DNA from: Verrucomicrobiia bacterium
GTDB lineage: Bacteria > Verrucomicrobiota > Verrucomicrobiia > Limisphaerales > UBA11358
Length of the DNA stretch: 64,000 nucleotides
Reading direction: 5' to 3'
Assembly: GCA_035546095.1 (NCBI GenBank)
Contig: DASZXB010000037.1
Span: 3,598-67,597 of the forward strand
Below, piece after piece: positions 33,952-42,506 of the stretch; the first letter of the stretch is position 1, and every line of letters starts with the position of its first letter. The notes below the pieces were generated by a model that did no database searches, was not told the DNA's origin, and saw only the letters and a program-made list of their open reading frames with translations. A program made the translations under genes and the position numbers.

Positions 33952-35372
33952 ATCGTCTCGCGGCCATCAACGTTGTCGGCCTCACCGAATCGCTCATTGG
34001 CGAGCACACGCCGCACATCGCCAAATTTGTTAAAGGCGGCGAGCTCGCGCACATTTTACCGGCATTTCCCGCCGTCACTTGCGTCGCGCAATCCAATTAT
34101 CTCACCGGCAAAAATCCGTCGCAACACGGCATCGTCGGCAACGGCTGGCTCAATCGCGAATTGTCCGAAGTCCAATTTTGGAAACAATCCAATCACATCG
34201 TCACCGCGCCAAAAATTTGGGACGAACTTCGCAACCGATTCAACGATTCAACGATTCAACGATTCACGACGGCCAATTGCTTCTGGTGGTTTAATATGTA
34301 TTCGAGCGTGGATTATTCCATCACGCCGCGCCCGATGTATCCTGCCGACGGCCGGAAATTTTTTGACGTCTATTCGTGGCCGTATTCTATCCGCACCGAA
34401 ATCAAAAAGGACTTGGGCGAATTTCCGTTCTTCGGATTTTGGGGTCCGGCGGCGGGCGTAAAGACTCCACAGGGTTCGGCAGATTCTGCGACGCGTTGGA
34501 TTGCTGAATCCGCCAAATGGATTGAGAATAAATTTTCGCCGGCGCTGAATCTGATTTACCTCCCACACTTGGATTACAATTTGCAACGGCACGGAACTTA
34601 CGACAATTCCGGCAAATTAAATCCGAAAATCACTCCCGATTTACAGGCGATTGATTCCATCGTCGGTGACTTGATTGATTTTTTAACAAAGCGTGGCACG
34701 CAAATTGTCCTGCTTTCCGAATACGGAATTACAAATGTGAACACGCCGATTCATCTCAACCGAATTTTTCGCGAGCACGGCTGGCTGACGGTGAAAGATG
34801 AATTGGGTTTGGAAATTCTAGACGCAGGCGCGAGCAAAGTTTTCGCCGTTGCCGACCATCAAATCGCGCATATTTATCTAAATGACAAATCGCTGGAAAA
34901 ACCCGCGCGCGACGTTCTGGAAAAAACGTCCGGCGTCGAAAAAATTCTTGGCGAATCAGAGAAAATTGCCTTCGGAATTTCGCATTCGCGCGCGGGCGAT
35001 TTGATTGCCGTCGCCGCTGAAAATGCGTGGTTCAGTTATTATTACTGGCTCGACGATGCGCGCGCGCCGGATTTTGCGCGCACGGTGGACATCCATCGCA
35101 AACCCGGCTACGACCCGGCGGAATTATTTCTCGACCCGAAAATTTCATTCCCAAAATTAAAAATAGCGCGACGATTGCTGCAAAAGAAACTTGGCTTTCG
35201 CATGTTGATGGACGTGATTCCACTCGACGCGAATTTGGTGAAGGGCTCGCACGGCCGAAAACCGGCGGACAAAAAAGATTGGCCGATTTTGATTTCGCAG
35301 AAAAACTTGAACGTAGCAGAAATGGATTCGACGGATGTTTTTCAAATCTTATTGCGACACATTTTAAGCTGA
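33948..35372 (+). CDS. alkaline phosphatase / nucleotide pyrophosphatase-phosphodiesterase family protein (EboF-like)
   Basis: N-terminal INVVGLT...PAVTCVAQSNYLTGK (the metal-site Thr/Ser region of type I phosphodiesterases), then LPHLDYNLQRHG and SEYG. It has an ATGA overlap with the upstream gene. Confidence 0.75.
   Translation: MNRLAAINVVGLTESLIGEHTPHIAKFVKGGELAHILPAFPAVTCVAQSNYLTGKNPSQHGIVGNGWLNRELSEVQFWKQSNHIVTAPKIWDELRNRFNDSTIQRFTTANCFWWFNMYSSVDYSITPRPMYPADGRKFFDVYSWPYSIRTEIKKDLGEFPFFGFWGPAAGVKTPQGSADSATRWIAESAKWIENKFSPALNLIYLPHLDYNLQRHGTYDNSGKLNPKITPDLQAIDSIVGDLIDFLTKRGTQIVLLSEYGITNVNTPIHLNRIFREHGWLTVKDELGLEILDAGASKVFAVADHQIAHIYLNDKSLEKPARDVLEKTSGVEKILGESEKIAFGISHSRAGDLIAVAAENAWFSYYYWLDDARAPDFARTVDIHRKPGYDPAELFLDPKISFPKLKIARRLLQKKLGFRMLMDVIPLDANLVKGSHGRKPADKKDWPILISQKNLNVAEMDSTDVFQILLRHILS
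34232..34266 (+). repeat. 8 nt tandem repeat (CGATTCAA x ~4) inside a CDS
   Basis: caac-CGATTCAA-CGATTCAA-CGATTCAA-CGATTCA. The unit length is not a multiple of 3. It is translated as FNDSTIQRF. Confidence 0.9.
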
Positions 35373-35382
35373 TTGGCGCAAT

Positions 35383-35417
35383 AAAAAACCGGCTGGAAAA
35401 ATCCAGCCGGTTTTTTG
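35383..35417. terminator. bidirectional Rho-independent terminator
   Basis: AAAAAA-CCGGCTGG-AAAAAT-CCAGCCGG-TTTTTT lies between convergent genes. Confidence 0.85.
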
Positions 35418-35430
35418 TTCATCAAACAGC

Positions 35431-36840
35431 TCAGCTAATCTGCCATGGCGCACGGTATTCGCGCGTGAGCAATTTGCTCGCTTCAGGGTCGCCGATGATT
35501 TTCTCGTGTTTGACGTCCCAATTGATTTTTCGTCCGACACGCATCGAAATGAGTCCGAGATGGCCGGGAATCGCGGAATGATGTCCGACTTCCACCGGCG
35601 TAATCGTCGGCTTGCGCGATTTCACGCAATCCAAAAAGTTTTGCTGGTGATTGTTCGAGACGTAAAGTTTGATCTTGCGTAATTCCTCCGGCAGCGATTT
35701 GCCCTTTTTCCAATCGGGATTCGACGCGTCAAAGCCGCCACGGTCCACCCAAACCCAGCCTTCCGTGCCGATCCATTTCACGCCGCTGCGGATGTCATCG
35801 TAACCGCCGGCAATCGTCATCGTGATATTTTTCGGATATTTCGCTTCAATCCGGTATTTAGGCGACGTGTTCCAAACGGCGTCCGGCGCGGGAAATTCTC
35901 CGTGGCCTTCAATTTCGGAGGGGCCGGACAAATCAAATCCCAAACCCCAGTGCGCGATGTCGCAATGATGGCCAATCCAATCCATCAATTGACCGCCACC
36001 GGTGTCGTAATTCCAGCGCCAGTTTTTGTGTAAGCGCGCGGTGATGTAAGGCTCCATTTGGGACGGGCCAATCCACGTGTTGTAATCCAGTTCCGCCGGC
36101 GGTTGTTCGACGAGCGCGTTCCAGGCGTCCGAGCCGGGCGTGATTTTCGTGAGGTCAAAGTCGTCGGCATTTTTGTTGAACAATTTCGCCAATTTTTCCT
36201 TCGCAGTTTTTCCTTCGCCGGAAAAATCCACCCAACCGGCGGGCAATCCGACTTCAACGTGCGTGACTTCGCCAATCAATCCATTGCGAACAATTTCCGC
36301 CGCCTTGTGAAACGTCGGCACCGACCGTTGCCATGAACCCATTTGCCAGATGATTTTATTTTTTTCGACCGCGCGGACAATGGCTTGTTGCTCGGCAATT
36401 GTTTTCGCCAGCGGCTTTTCACCATAAACATCCTTTTTGCGGCGCGCCGCTTCGGTCGCGACCAGTTCATGCCAATGGTCCGGCACGGCAATCATCACCG
36501 CGTCAATGTCCTCGCGCGCGAGCAATTCGTGGTAATCGTGGTAGCCCTTGCAATCCTTGTTGCCGTAATGGTCGTTGACCAAGTCGAGCGCGCTTTGCAG
36601 ATGATTCGCATCAATGTCGCACGCGGCAATGACCTGACAATCATTCAACGCCAGAAACGCTTGCGTGTTGCCCGGCCCTTGCCAGCCCATGCCGATAACA
36701 CCGAGGTTGATGCGATTGGAAGGGCGCGGACGGCTTTGGCCGGTGGCACAGCCCGGTAAAATTAACGGCAAGACCATGGCTGCGCCGGTCGTGGCGATAA
36801 AATGACGACGATCCATTTTTTGAGTAGAATTCTTTTTCAT
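35431..36840 (-). CDS. Gfo/Idh/MocA family oxidoreductase with TAT signal
   Basis: Twin-arginine signal MDRRHFIATTGAAMV and an NAD-binding INLGVIGMGWQG Rossmann motif. 469 aa. Confidence 0.9.
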   Translation of the reverse strand: MKKNSTQKMDRRHFIATTGAAMVLPLILPGCATGQSRPRPSNRINLGVIGMGWQGPGNTQAFLALNDCQVIAACDIDANHLQSALDLVNDHYGNKDCKGYHDYHELLAREDIDAVMIAVPDHWHELVATEAARRKKDVYGEKPLAKTIAEQQAIVRAVEKNKIIWQMGSWQRSVPTFHKAAEIVRNGLIGEVTHVEVGLPAGWVDFSGEGKTAKEKLAKLFNKNADDFDLTKITPGSDAWNALVEQPPAELDYNTWIGPSQMEPYITARLHKNWRWNYDTGGGQLMDWIGHHCDIAHWGLGFDLSGPSEIEGHGEFPAPDAVWNTSPKYRIEAKYPKNITMTIAGGYDDIRSGVKWIGTEGWVWVDRGGFDASNPDWKKGKSLPEELRKIKLYVSNNHQQNFLDCVKSRKPTITPVEVGHHSAIPGHLGLISMRVGRKINWDVKHEKIIGDPEASKLLTREYRAPWQIS

Positions 36841-37053
36841 GACGAATCAATTGATTGGTGAACCGTTAATATCCAAATAGCAGAGCCGGATGCCAATCCG
36901 AAAGTTACTAAAATTTCATCCTCGTTTTCGGGGAGGCGGAAATGTGCCAAACGTGCCAACGCGCGCGAAAAATCAATCAGTGAGGCGGGATTCTACTGAG
37001 TCCAAATTAAAAACTTTGTCGGATTTTGACGCCGCCGGTTGTTTAATAAATGA

Positions 37054-38511
37054 GTGAACGCGAAATCGGATGTCCAACTGTTGCGCGAATACGCCGCGCG
37101 CGGTTACGAAGCCGCCTTCGCCGAAATCGTCCGGCGGCATTTGGCCTTGGTTTATTCCGCCGCGCTGCGACAGGTGGAGTCACCCACAGCAGCAGTCGAC
37201 ATCGCGCAAAGCGTTTTTGTTGACCTCGCGCGCAAAGCGGCGTCTGTTAGTGAAAAGTTTTCCACCGACGCCTCATTGCTTGGCTGGTTGCATCGCAGCG
37301 CGCGTTACGCCGCGCTCAATCATTTGCGCGACACGCGCCGCCGTCTCACGAACGAAAGGCAGGCTATGGAACAACTTCTCGTCAATTCCGAATCCGAAGC
37401 CGACTGGGAACAAATCCGTCCCGCGCTCGATGAAGCCCTCGACAACCTCGCCGATGACGACCGTGAAATTTTGTTACTTCGTTATTTTGAAAATAAAAAT
37501 CTGCGCGAAGTCGGCGAGCAATTGAACATTTCCGACGATGCCGCGCAAAAACGCGTGAGTCGCGCCGTGGAAAAATTGGGGGAATTCTTCTCCAAACGAA
37601 ATATCACCATCGGCGCAAGTGGATTGACTGTTCTGATTTCCGCCAATGCCGTTCAATCCGCGCCGATGGAATTAGCCATGACCATTTCTACTGCTGCCGC
37701 TTTAACCGGAACGACTATTTCAACTTCCACGGCTATTGCCACAACCAAAGTGATTGCCATGACTACCTTACAAAAATCCATCATCGGCGCAGCCTTTGTT
37801 GCAGCCGTCGGCACGGGAATCTTTGAAGCGCATCAAAACTTCCAACTGCAAAATCAGATTCAAACATTTCAGCAACAGCAAGCGTCATTGACCGACCAAA
37901 TTCAACAATTGCAACATGAACACAACAACATGACAAACCAATTGGCCGATTTGCTCGCGGAAAACGCGCAATTGAAATCCGGTTCAAATGAAAATGAACT
38001 TTTAAGATTGCGCGCCAAATCAACGCGACTAGACGAGTTGGCCAACGAAAACAATAATCTGAAAATGAAAGTCAGCGAATTGGAAGGACGCTGGTTTAAT
38101 GTTACAAACGCGCCACAATACTCAGGACCATACTTTCCAAGAGGCAAATGGGAGATATATGGAAATGGCGATCCTCTGGAAATACTTCTTTCAGCGGCAA
38201 CAGCAGCAATCAATGATGACCAAGCAAAACTTTCTGCATTGATTTCCAATACTAATAACCTGTCGCTTTTTTCAAAAAAACGCTGGGATACCGTCAAAGG
38301 GATTCAAAGCCTAAAAGTAAGTTATATTAACAACAACGGCAAAGAAACCGCTATCGAAGATACAATTCTTATGAGACAGGTTGTTACAGGTGAACAAATT
38401 GACCCAAATCAACCTCCAGCACTGACCGACCTTATGCAAACTGCTCCAGAAAGTCATCGCTGGTATTTTTCAAAAACAGAAGATGGCTGGAAAATTACCG
38501 GCGGCGATTAA
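37054..38511 (+). CDS. sigma-70 (ECF-type) factor fused to a ~300 aa TM/coiled-coil/C-terminal domain
   Basis: GTG start. Region 2 is FAEIVRRHLALVYSAALRQV and region 4 is REILLLRYFENKNLREVGEQLNISDDAAQKRVSRAVEKL. Hydrophobic segments and a Gln/Asn-rich coiled coil follow. Confidence 0.8.
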   Translation: MNAKSDVQLLREYAARGYEAAFAEIVRRHLALVYSAALRQVESPTAAVDIAQSVFVDLARKAASVSEKFSTDASLLGWLHRSARYAALNHLRDTRRRLTNERQAMEQLLVNSESEADWEQIRPALDEALDNLADDDREILLLRYFENKNLREVGEQLNISDDAAQKRVSRAVEKLGEFFSKRNITIGASGLTVLISANAVQSAPMELAMTISTAAALTGTTISTSTAIATTKVIAMTTLQKSIIGAAFVAAVGTGIFEAHQNFQLQNQIQTFQQQQASLTDQIQQLQHEHNNMTNQLADLLAENAQLKSGSNENELLRLRAKSTRLDELANENNNLKMKVSELEGRWFNVTNAPQYSGPYFPRGKWEIYGNGDPLEILLSAATAAINDDQAKLSALISNTNNLSLFSKKRWDTVKGIQSLKVSYINNNGKETAIEDTILMRQVVTGEQIDPNQPPALTDLMQTAPESHRWYFSKTEDGWKITGGD

Positions 38512-38610
38512 GCGTCCTTGCTGCAATGTCGCGGCGGGAACCCGCGCCTACGGCACTCAAAATTTGTCTGACGAATTTTCACAAAAGGCAATGAAGGAAA
38601 CGAAAGTTTT

Positions 38611-38631
38611 GTAGGAGCTGACGTAAGGAGG
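38611..38631. repeat. solo arm of the GTAGGAGCYGACGTAAGGAGG element
   Basis: GTAGGAGCTGACGTAAGGAGG matches the reverse complement of 20143-20163 at 20 of 21 positions. No partner arm lies nearby. Confidence 0.6.
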
Positions 38632-38784
38632 TGCTGGCCAAACATTTGAGGCGATAATGTCATTTGGCTGGCAGGAACGCTTGCGGGCGTCCGTGGTCGC
38701 GCTACAGCGCGCCTCTGCCGATTAAACCACCGTCTTCGTTCCCTTTGTTTGCTTCTGTGAAAACTTTTCGCTAAATTTGTCGAA

Positions 38785-39165
38785 ATGAAAGTCGGCAAAT
38801 TGCTGCATACGCGCTATCGCGTGAACGATTTGGAACGCACCGTGAAATTTTATCGCGACGTGCTTGGCCTCGAAGAAACCCGCCGCCACAAATCGCCGCG
38901 CGGCTCGGAACTCGTTTTTCTCAAAGCGCCCGGCAGCGCTGAGGAAATTGAAATCTGTTATTTCCCCGGTAGCGAACCCGTAAAATGCCAGTCTGACCTC
39001 ACGCACCTTGCGTTTGAAGTCGAAAGCCTCGCGGAATTTGAAAAACATCTGGCCAGACTCGACATCAAATTTTCCGATGGTCCGACGACAACTTCCAGCG
39101 GCAGCGTCATCGCTTTCGTGGACGCGCCGGAAGGTTACGAAATTGAACTGATTCAGAAAAAGTAA
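38785..39165 (+). CDS. VOC family protein (glyoxalase I-like)
   Basis: LLHTRYRVNDLERTVKFYRDVLGL...THLAFEVESL...FVDAPEGYEIELIQ shows the paired beta-alpha-beta-beta-beta module pattern. Confidence 0.85.
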   Translation: MKVGKLLHTRYRVNDLERTVKFYRDVLGLEETRRHKSPRGSELVFLKAPGSAEEIEICYFPGSEPVKCQSDLTHLAFEVESLAEFEKHLARLDIKFSDGPTTTSSGSVIAFVDAPEGYEIELIQKK

Positions 39166-39213
39166 TCGCATTTTCCCAACTCCTAACTTCCATCTTCCAA
39201 CTGCTAAATCAAA

Positions 39214-40113
39214 ATGAGTGTTTTAATTGTCGGTTCCACGGCACTGGATTCCATCAAAACTCCAAACGCGGAAAATCCGAAACTGCTCGGCGGTTCAGCC
39301 AGCCACGCGTCGGTCGCGGCCAGCTTTTTTTCGCCGGTGAAATTGATCGGCGTCGTCGGCGAGGATTTTCCGAAAAAATACCTTGAATTGTATCGCCGGC
39401 ACAAAATTGATTTGGGCGGATTGCAGATTGTGCCCGGCAAAACATTTCATTGGAGCGGCGAATACGAAATCAACATGAACAACCGCCGCACGCTGCTGAC
39501 CGAACTCGGCGTGTTTGAAAATTTCACGCCGCATTTGCCCGACGCGCACAAAAAATCCGAATTCGTCCTGCTCGCGAACATCGCGCCTGCGCTGCAACAT
39601 CACGTCCTCGACCAGATGGCGCGCCCGAAATTCGTTGTCGCCGACACGATGGATTTGTGGTTGAACATCGCGCTCAATGATTTGCTGAAATTGCTGCCGC
39701 GCCTTGACGGTTTTGTTTTGAACGACAGCGAAGCGCATCAATTGACGAAGGAAGACAATGTGTTTCTAGCGTTGAAGAAAATCCACAAACTCGGCCCGAA
39801 ATACGTCATCATCAAAAAAGGTTCGCACGGCGCGATTTTGTCTTCGCCCAAAGGACTGTTCATTTGCCCCGCGTATCCGCTGCGCGAAGTCGTTGACCCG
39901 ACCGGCGCGGGTGATTCCTTTGTCGGCGGCCTGATGGGATTTCTCGCGACGGCCAAAGGTTCGATTGAAAATAATTTCCGCCGCGCGATGATTTACGGCA
40001 GCGTCACTGCTTCATTTTGCTGCGAAGGATTTGGTTTGAACCGCACCACTAAAATCAAACGCGCTGACATCGAGAAACGCGTGAAGGATTTAGAAAGACT
40101 GACGAAGTTTTAG
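39214..40113 (+). CDS. PfkB family carbohydrate/nucleoside kinase
   Basis: N-terminal VGSTALDSI and a C-terminal DPTGAGDSFVGG anion-hole motif. Confidence 0.85.
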   Translation: MSVLIVGSTALDSIKTPNAENPKLLGGSASHASVAASFFSPVKLIGVVGEDFPKKYLELYRRHKIDLGGLQIVPGKTFHWSGEYEINMNNRRTLLTELGVFENFTPHLPDAHKKSEFVLLANIAPALQHHVLDQMARPKFVVADTMDLWLNIALNDLLKLLPRLDGFVLNDSEAHQLTKEDNVFLALKKIHKLGPKYVIIKKGSHGAILSSPKGLFICPAYPLREVVDPTGAGDSFVGGLMGFLATAKGSIENNFRRAMIYGSVTASFCCEGFGLNRTTKIKRADIEKRVKDLERLTKF

Positions 40114-40124
40114 TGGGTTGAGTT

Positions 40125-41174
40125 TTACTTGCCGCCGTGATCAATTAAAAGTTGTTTAATTGTTTCACTTCTTGCCCATTTTAATGGCGTATCCCCGTTT
40201 TGTAATTTCGCATTTGGATTAGCTCCTTGCATCAAAAGCCATTTGACAAGTTCTGTATCATCCGACTGAACAGCCACAAAAAGAAGCGTGTGTCCATAAT
40301 CCGTAGTCTTGTAATCAATGCCGACGTTAAACTGTTTCAGCAATATTTTCAAAACCTCAATGTCATTGGTTTTCGTATTGTCCGCTTCGGCATGAGTGCA
40401 CGCATTGTAAAAAATATCCTGTAATTGAGACTTGGGAATTTCCTTTGCGAGATTAGATTGCAGTAGTCGTGCAAGAATATTTGTATGGCCATCTTGTGCC
40501 GCCATTCGGATGCACCAGTAATATTCATAAGGATAAAAATCTTTTGGAAGTTGGTTGATGAGAATATCAAACGCTTCTTTTTGGTTCCAGCGAACGCTCC
40601 AAAGCAAAGGCGTGCCAGACACCGGCTCGTTTGGCCAAGTGTAAGGCGCTCCATTTGTGAGGAGTTCGCGAATTCGTTGAGTATCTCCATCAATCGAGGC
40701 ACGAATCAGTTCTTTGTATGATTTGAAAGCAGGATTGTCTTCGTCCGGCAAAAGTTTTCCATTAAAACGAAAATCGTTGTCACCGGCGGGTAGATAAATT
40801 TTCAAAACAAACTTTTTCTCCGGCGTATAAACAAAATAGACTGTCCCTTGTTTTGCTTTTTTGAGTTTGATCCAAGTTGTGTCCAGTTTGTCAGTTTGCG
40901 TCACTCCATTTGAATCTTGGTATTCAATTTGAAAATATTGTGGAAGTGTCCACGGAAACATATCTTCATCATAAATTGAAGCGTGTTGGTAGGGATTAAG
41001 AACACCGCAACTCATCAATCTCTTTCCGTCACCAAAAAAGTGAGTTACGAGAACTTCATTCGTGCTTTTGTTGCAGAAACAATATTCACCATCTTGCAAA
41101 CGCAAGGTCGCAAACGTGGAAAAAGAAAAACAAACGGTAAAGCAGGACAAGATGAGGTAGAACTTTGCATTCAC
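40125..41174 (-). CDS. secreted ankyrin-repeat protein
   Basis: The start is set at GTG 41174 because the longer ORF overlaps the helicase gene. Signal-like KFYLILSCFTVCFSFSTFA, and ANK repeats (DGHTNILARLLQ; GHTLLFVAVQSDDTELVKWLLMQGANPNAKLQNGDTPLKWA). The gene is clearly AT-richer than its neighbours. Confidence 0.75.
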   Translation of the reverse strand: MNAKFYLILSCFTVCFSFSTFATLRLQDGEYCFCNKSTNEVLVTHFFGDGKRLMSCGVLNPYQHASIYDEDMFPWTLPQYFQIEYQDSNGVTQTDKLDTTWIKLKKAKQGTVYFVYTPEKKFVLKIYLPAGDNDFRFNGKLLPDEDNPAFKSYKELIRASIDGDTQRIRELLTNGAPYTWPNEPVSGTPLLWSVRWNQKEAFDILINQLPKDFYPYEYYWCIRMAAQDGHTNILARLLQSNLAKEIPKSQLQDIFYNACTHAEADNTKTNDIEVLKILLKQFNVGIDYKTTDYGHTLLFVAVQSDDTELVKWLLMQGANPNAKLQNGDTPLKWARSETIKQLLIDHGGK

Positions 41175-41223
41175 AATGACAATTAAGCGATTCCTCTCAA
41201 TTCTTGCAATGGAATAAAGCAGC

Positions 41224-42465
41224 TTACCTTCTCCGTCTTGCTGGGCCAAAATGATACCCACCACGCACGCGGACGGCGCGGGTTTTGCCGGGAAATCCAC
41301 CCTGTTTGCCGGATTTGTTTTCGTCAAACAGAGTCGTGTAGCGGTAATCGAAATTTTCCAGTTTCACGCGCTCGATTTTTTTGCCGATGAAACGTTCGAT
41401 GGAATAAACGTGGCTGGAATCTTCGGCGGTCATAATCGTGAAGGCGTCGCCGGTGGCCTCGGCGCGTCCGGTACGCCCGATGCGATGAATGTAATCTTCG
41501 GGATGTTGCGGCACGTCGTAATTGACGACATGGCTGACGTCGGCGATGTCGAGTCCGCGCGCGGCGATGTCTGTGGCGACGAGCACTTCAAAACGTCCGT
41601 CGCGAAAACCTTTGAGCGCCTGTTCGCGTTCGCGTTGCGTGCGATTGGAATGTAAAACCGCGACGGCGTGATTGTTGCGCTTGAGTGTGTGCGCGATGCG
41701 GTCGGCTCCGTGTTTCGTGCGGCAAAAAACGATGACGGAATCGTAGTGAACGGAATCGAGCAACTTGAGCAGCAAATCGGTTTTTTGCGAATCGGCGACG
41801 GGATAAATGACGTGCTTCACCGTTTCGGCGGGCGAACGGCGCGCGCCGATTTCGACGGTTTCCGGCTCGCGCATCGCCCATTTGATGAGCGTTTCGATTT
41901 GCGGCGGAATCGTCGCGGAAAAAAGCGACGTATGGCGTTGACGTGGACAGCGTTCGACGATTTTGCGAACGTCCGGCAAAAATCCCATGTCGAGCATCCG
42001 GTCGGCTTCATCCAAAACGAGAAATTCAATTTTGTCCAAACGCACCGTGCCGTGTTCGATGTGGTCGAGCAAACGTCCGGGCGTGGCGACAATGATGTCC
42101 GTGCCTGTGCGCAGCGAATCATTTTGCCGCCCGTAACCGACGCCGCCGAAAACGACCGTGACGCGCAAATCCGTGAAGCGCGCGTAATCGCGAAAACCGG
42201 TTTCGACTTGCGCGGCGAGTTCGCGCGTGGGTTCGAGGACAAGTGCGCGCGGAAATTTTTCGGGTGAACGCTTTTCAAGTTTGGAAAGAATTGGCAGGGC
42301 GAACGCGGCGGTTTTACCCGTGCCGGTTTGCGCGCTGCCGATGACGTCTTTGCCGGACAAAATCAGCGGAATCGCGCGCAGTTGGATGGGCGTCGGCTCA
42401 ACGTAACCCATCGCTTTGACGCCTTCGACAATTTTTTCGGAAAGCCCTAATTTGCTAAATGCCAT
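41224..42465 (-). CDS. DEAD-box ATP-dependent RNA helicase (RhlE-like)
   Basis: Q-motif region, AQTGTGKTAAF, DEAD, SAT and HRIGRTGRA. Confidence 0.95.
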   Translation of the reverse strand: MAFSKLGLSEKIVEGVKAMGYVEPTPIQLRAIPLILSGKDVIGSAQTGTGKTAAFALPILSKLEKRSPEKFPRALVLEPTRELAAQVETGFRDYARFTDLRVTVVFGGVGYGRQNDSLRTGTDIIVATPGRLLDHIEHGTVRLDKIEFLVLDEADRMLDMGFLPDVRKIVERCPRQRHTSLFSATIPPQIETLIKWAMREPETVEIGARRSPAETVKHVIYPVADSQKTDLLLKLLDSVHYDSVIVFCRTKHGADRIAHTLKRNNHAVAVLHSNRTQREREQALKGFRDGRFEVLVATDIAARGLDIADVSHVVNYDVPQHPEDYIHRIGRTGRAEATGDAFTIMTAEDSSHVYSIERFIGKKIERVKLENFDYRYTTLFDENKSGKQGGFPGKTRAVRVRGGYHFGPARRRR

Positions 42466-42506
42466 AAAGTAGTTTAGCAGCGGACGGAATTATTGAAAGC
42501 AGCGAA

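Noticed and set aside
40125-41327. Full 400 aa version of the ankyrin ORF starting at ATG 41327.
   Set aside because: The first ~50 codons overlap the 3' end of the DEAD-box helicase gene and precede the signal-peptide-like segment. In-frame GTG 41174 gives a sensible N-terminus.
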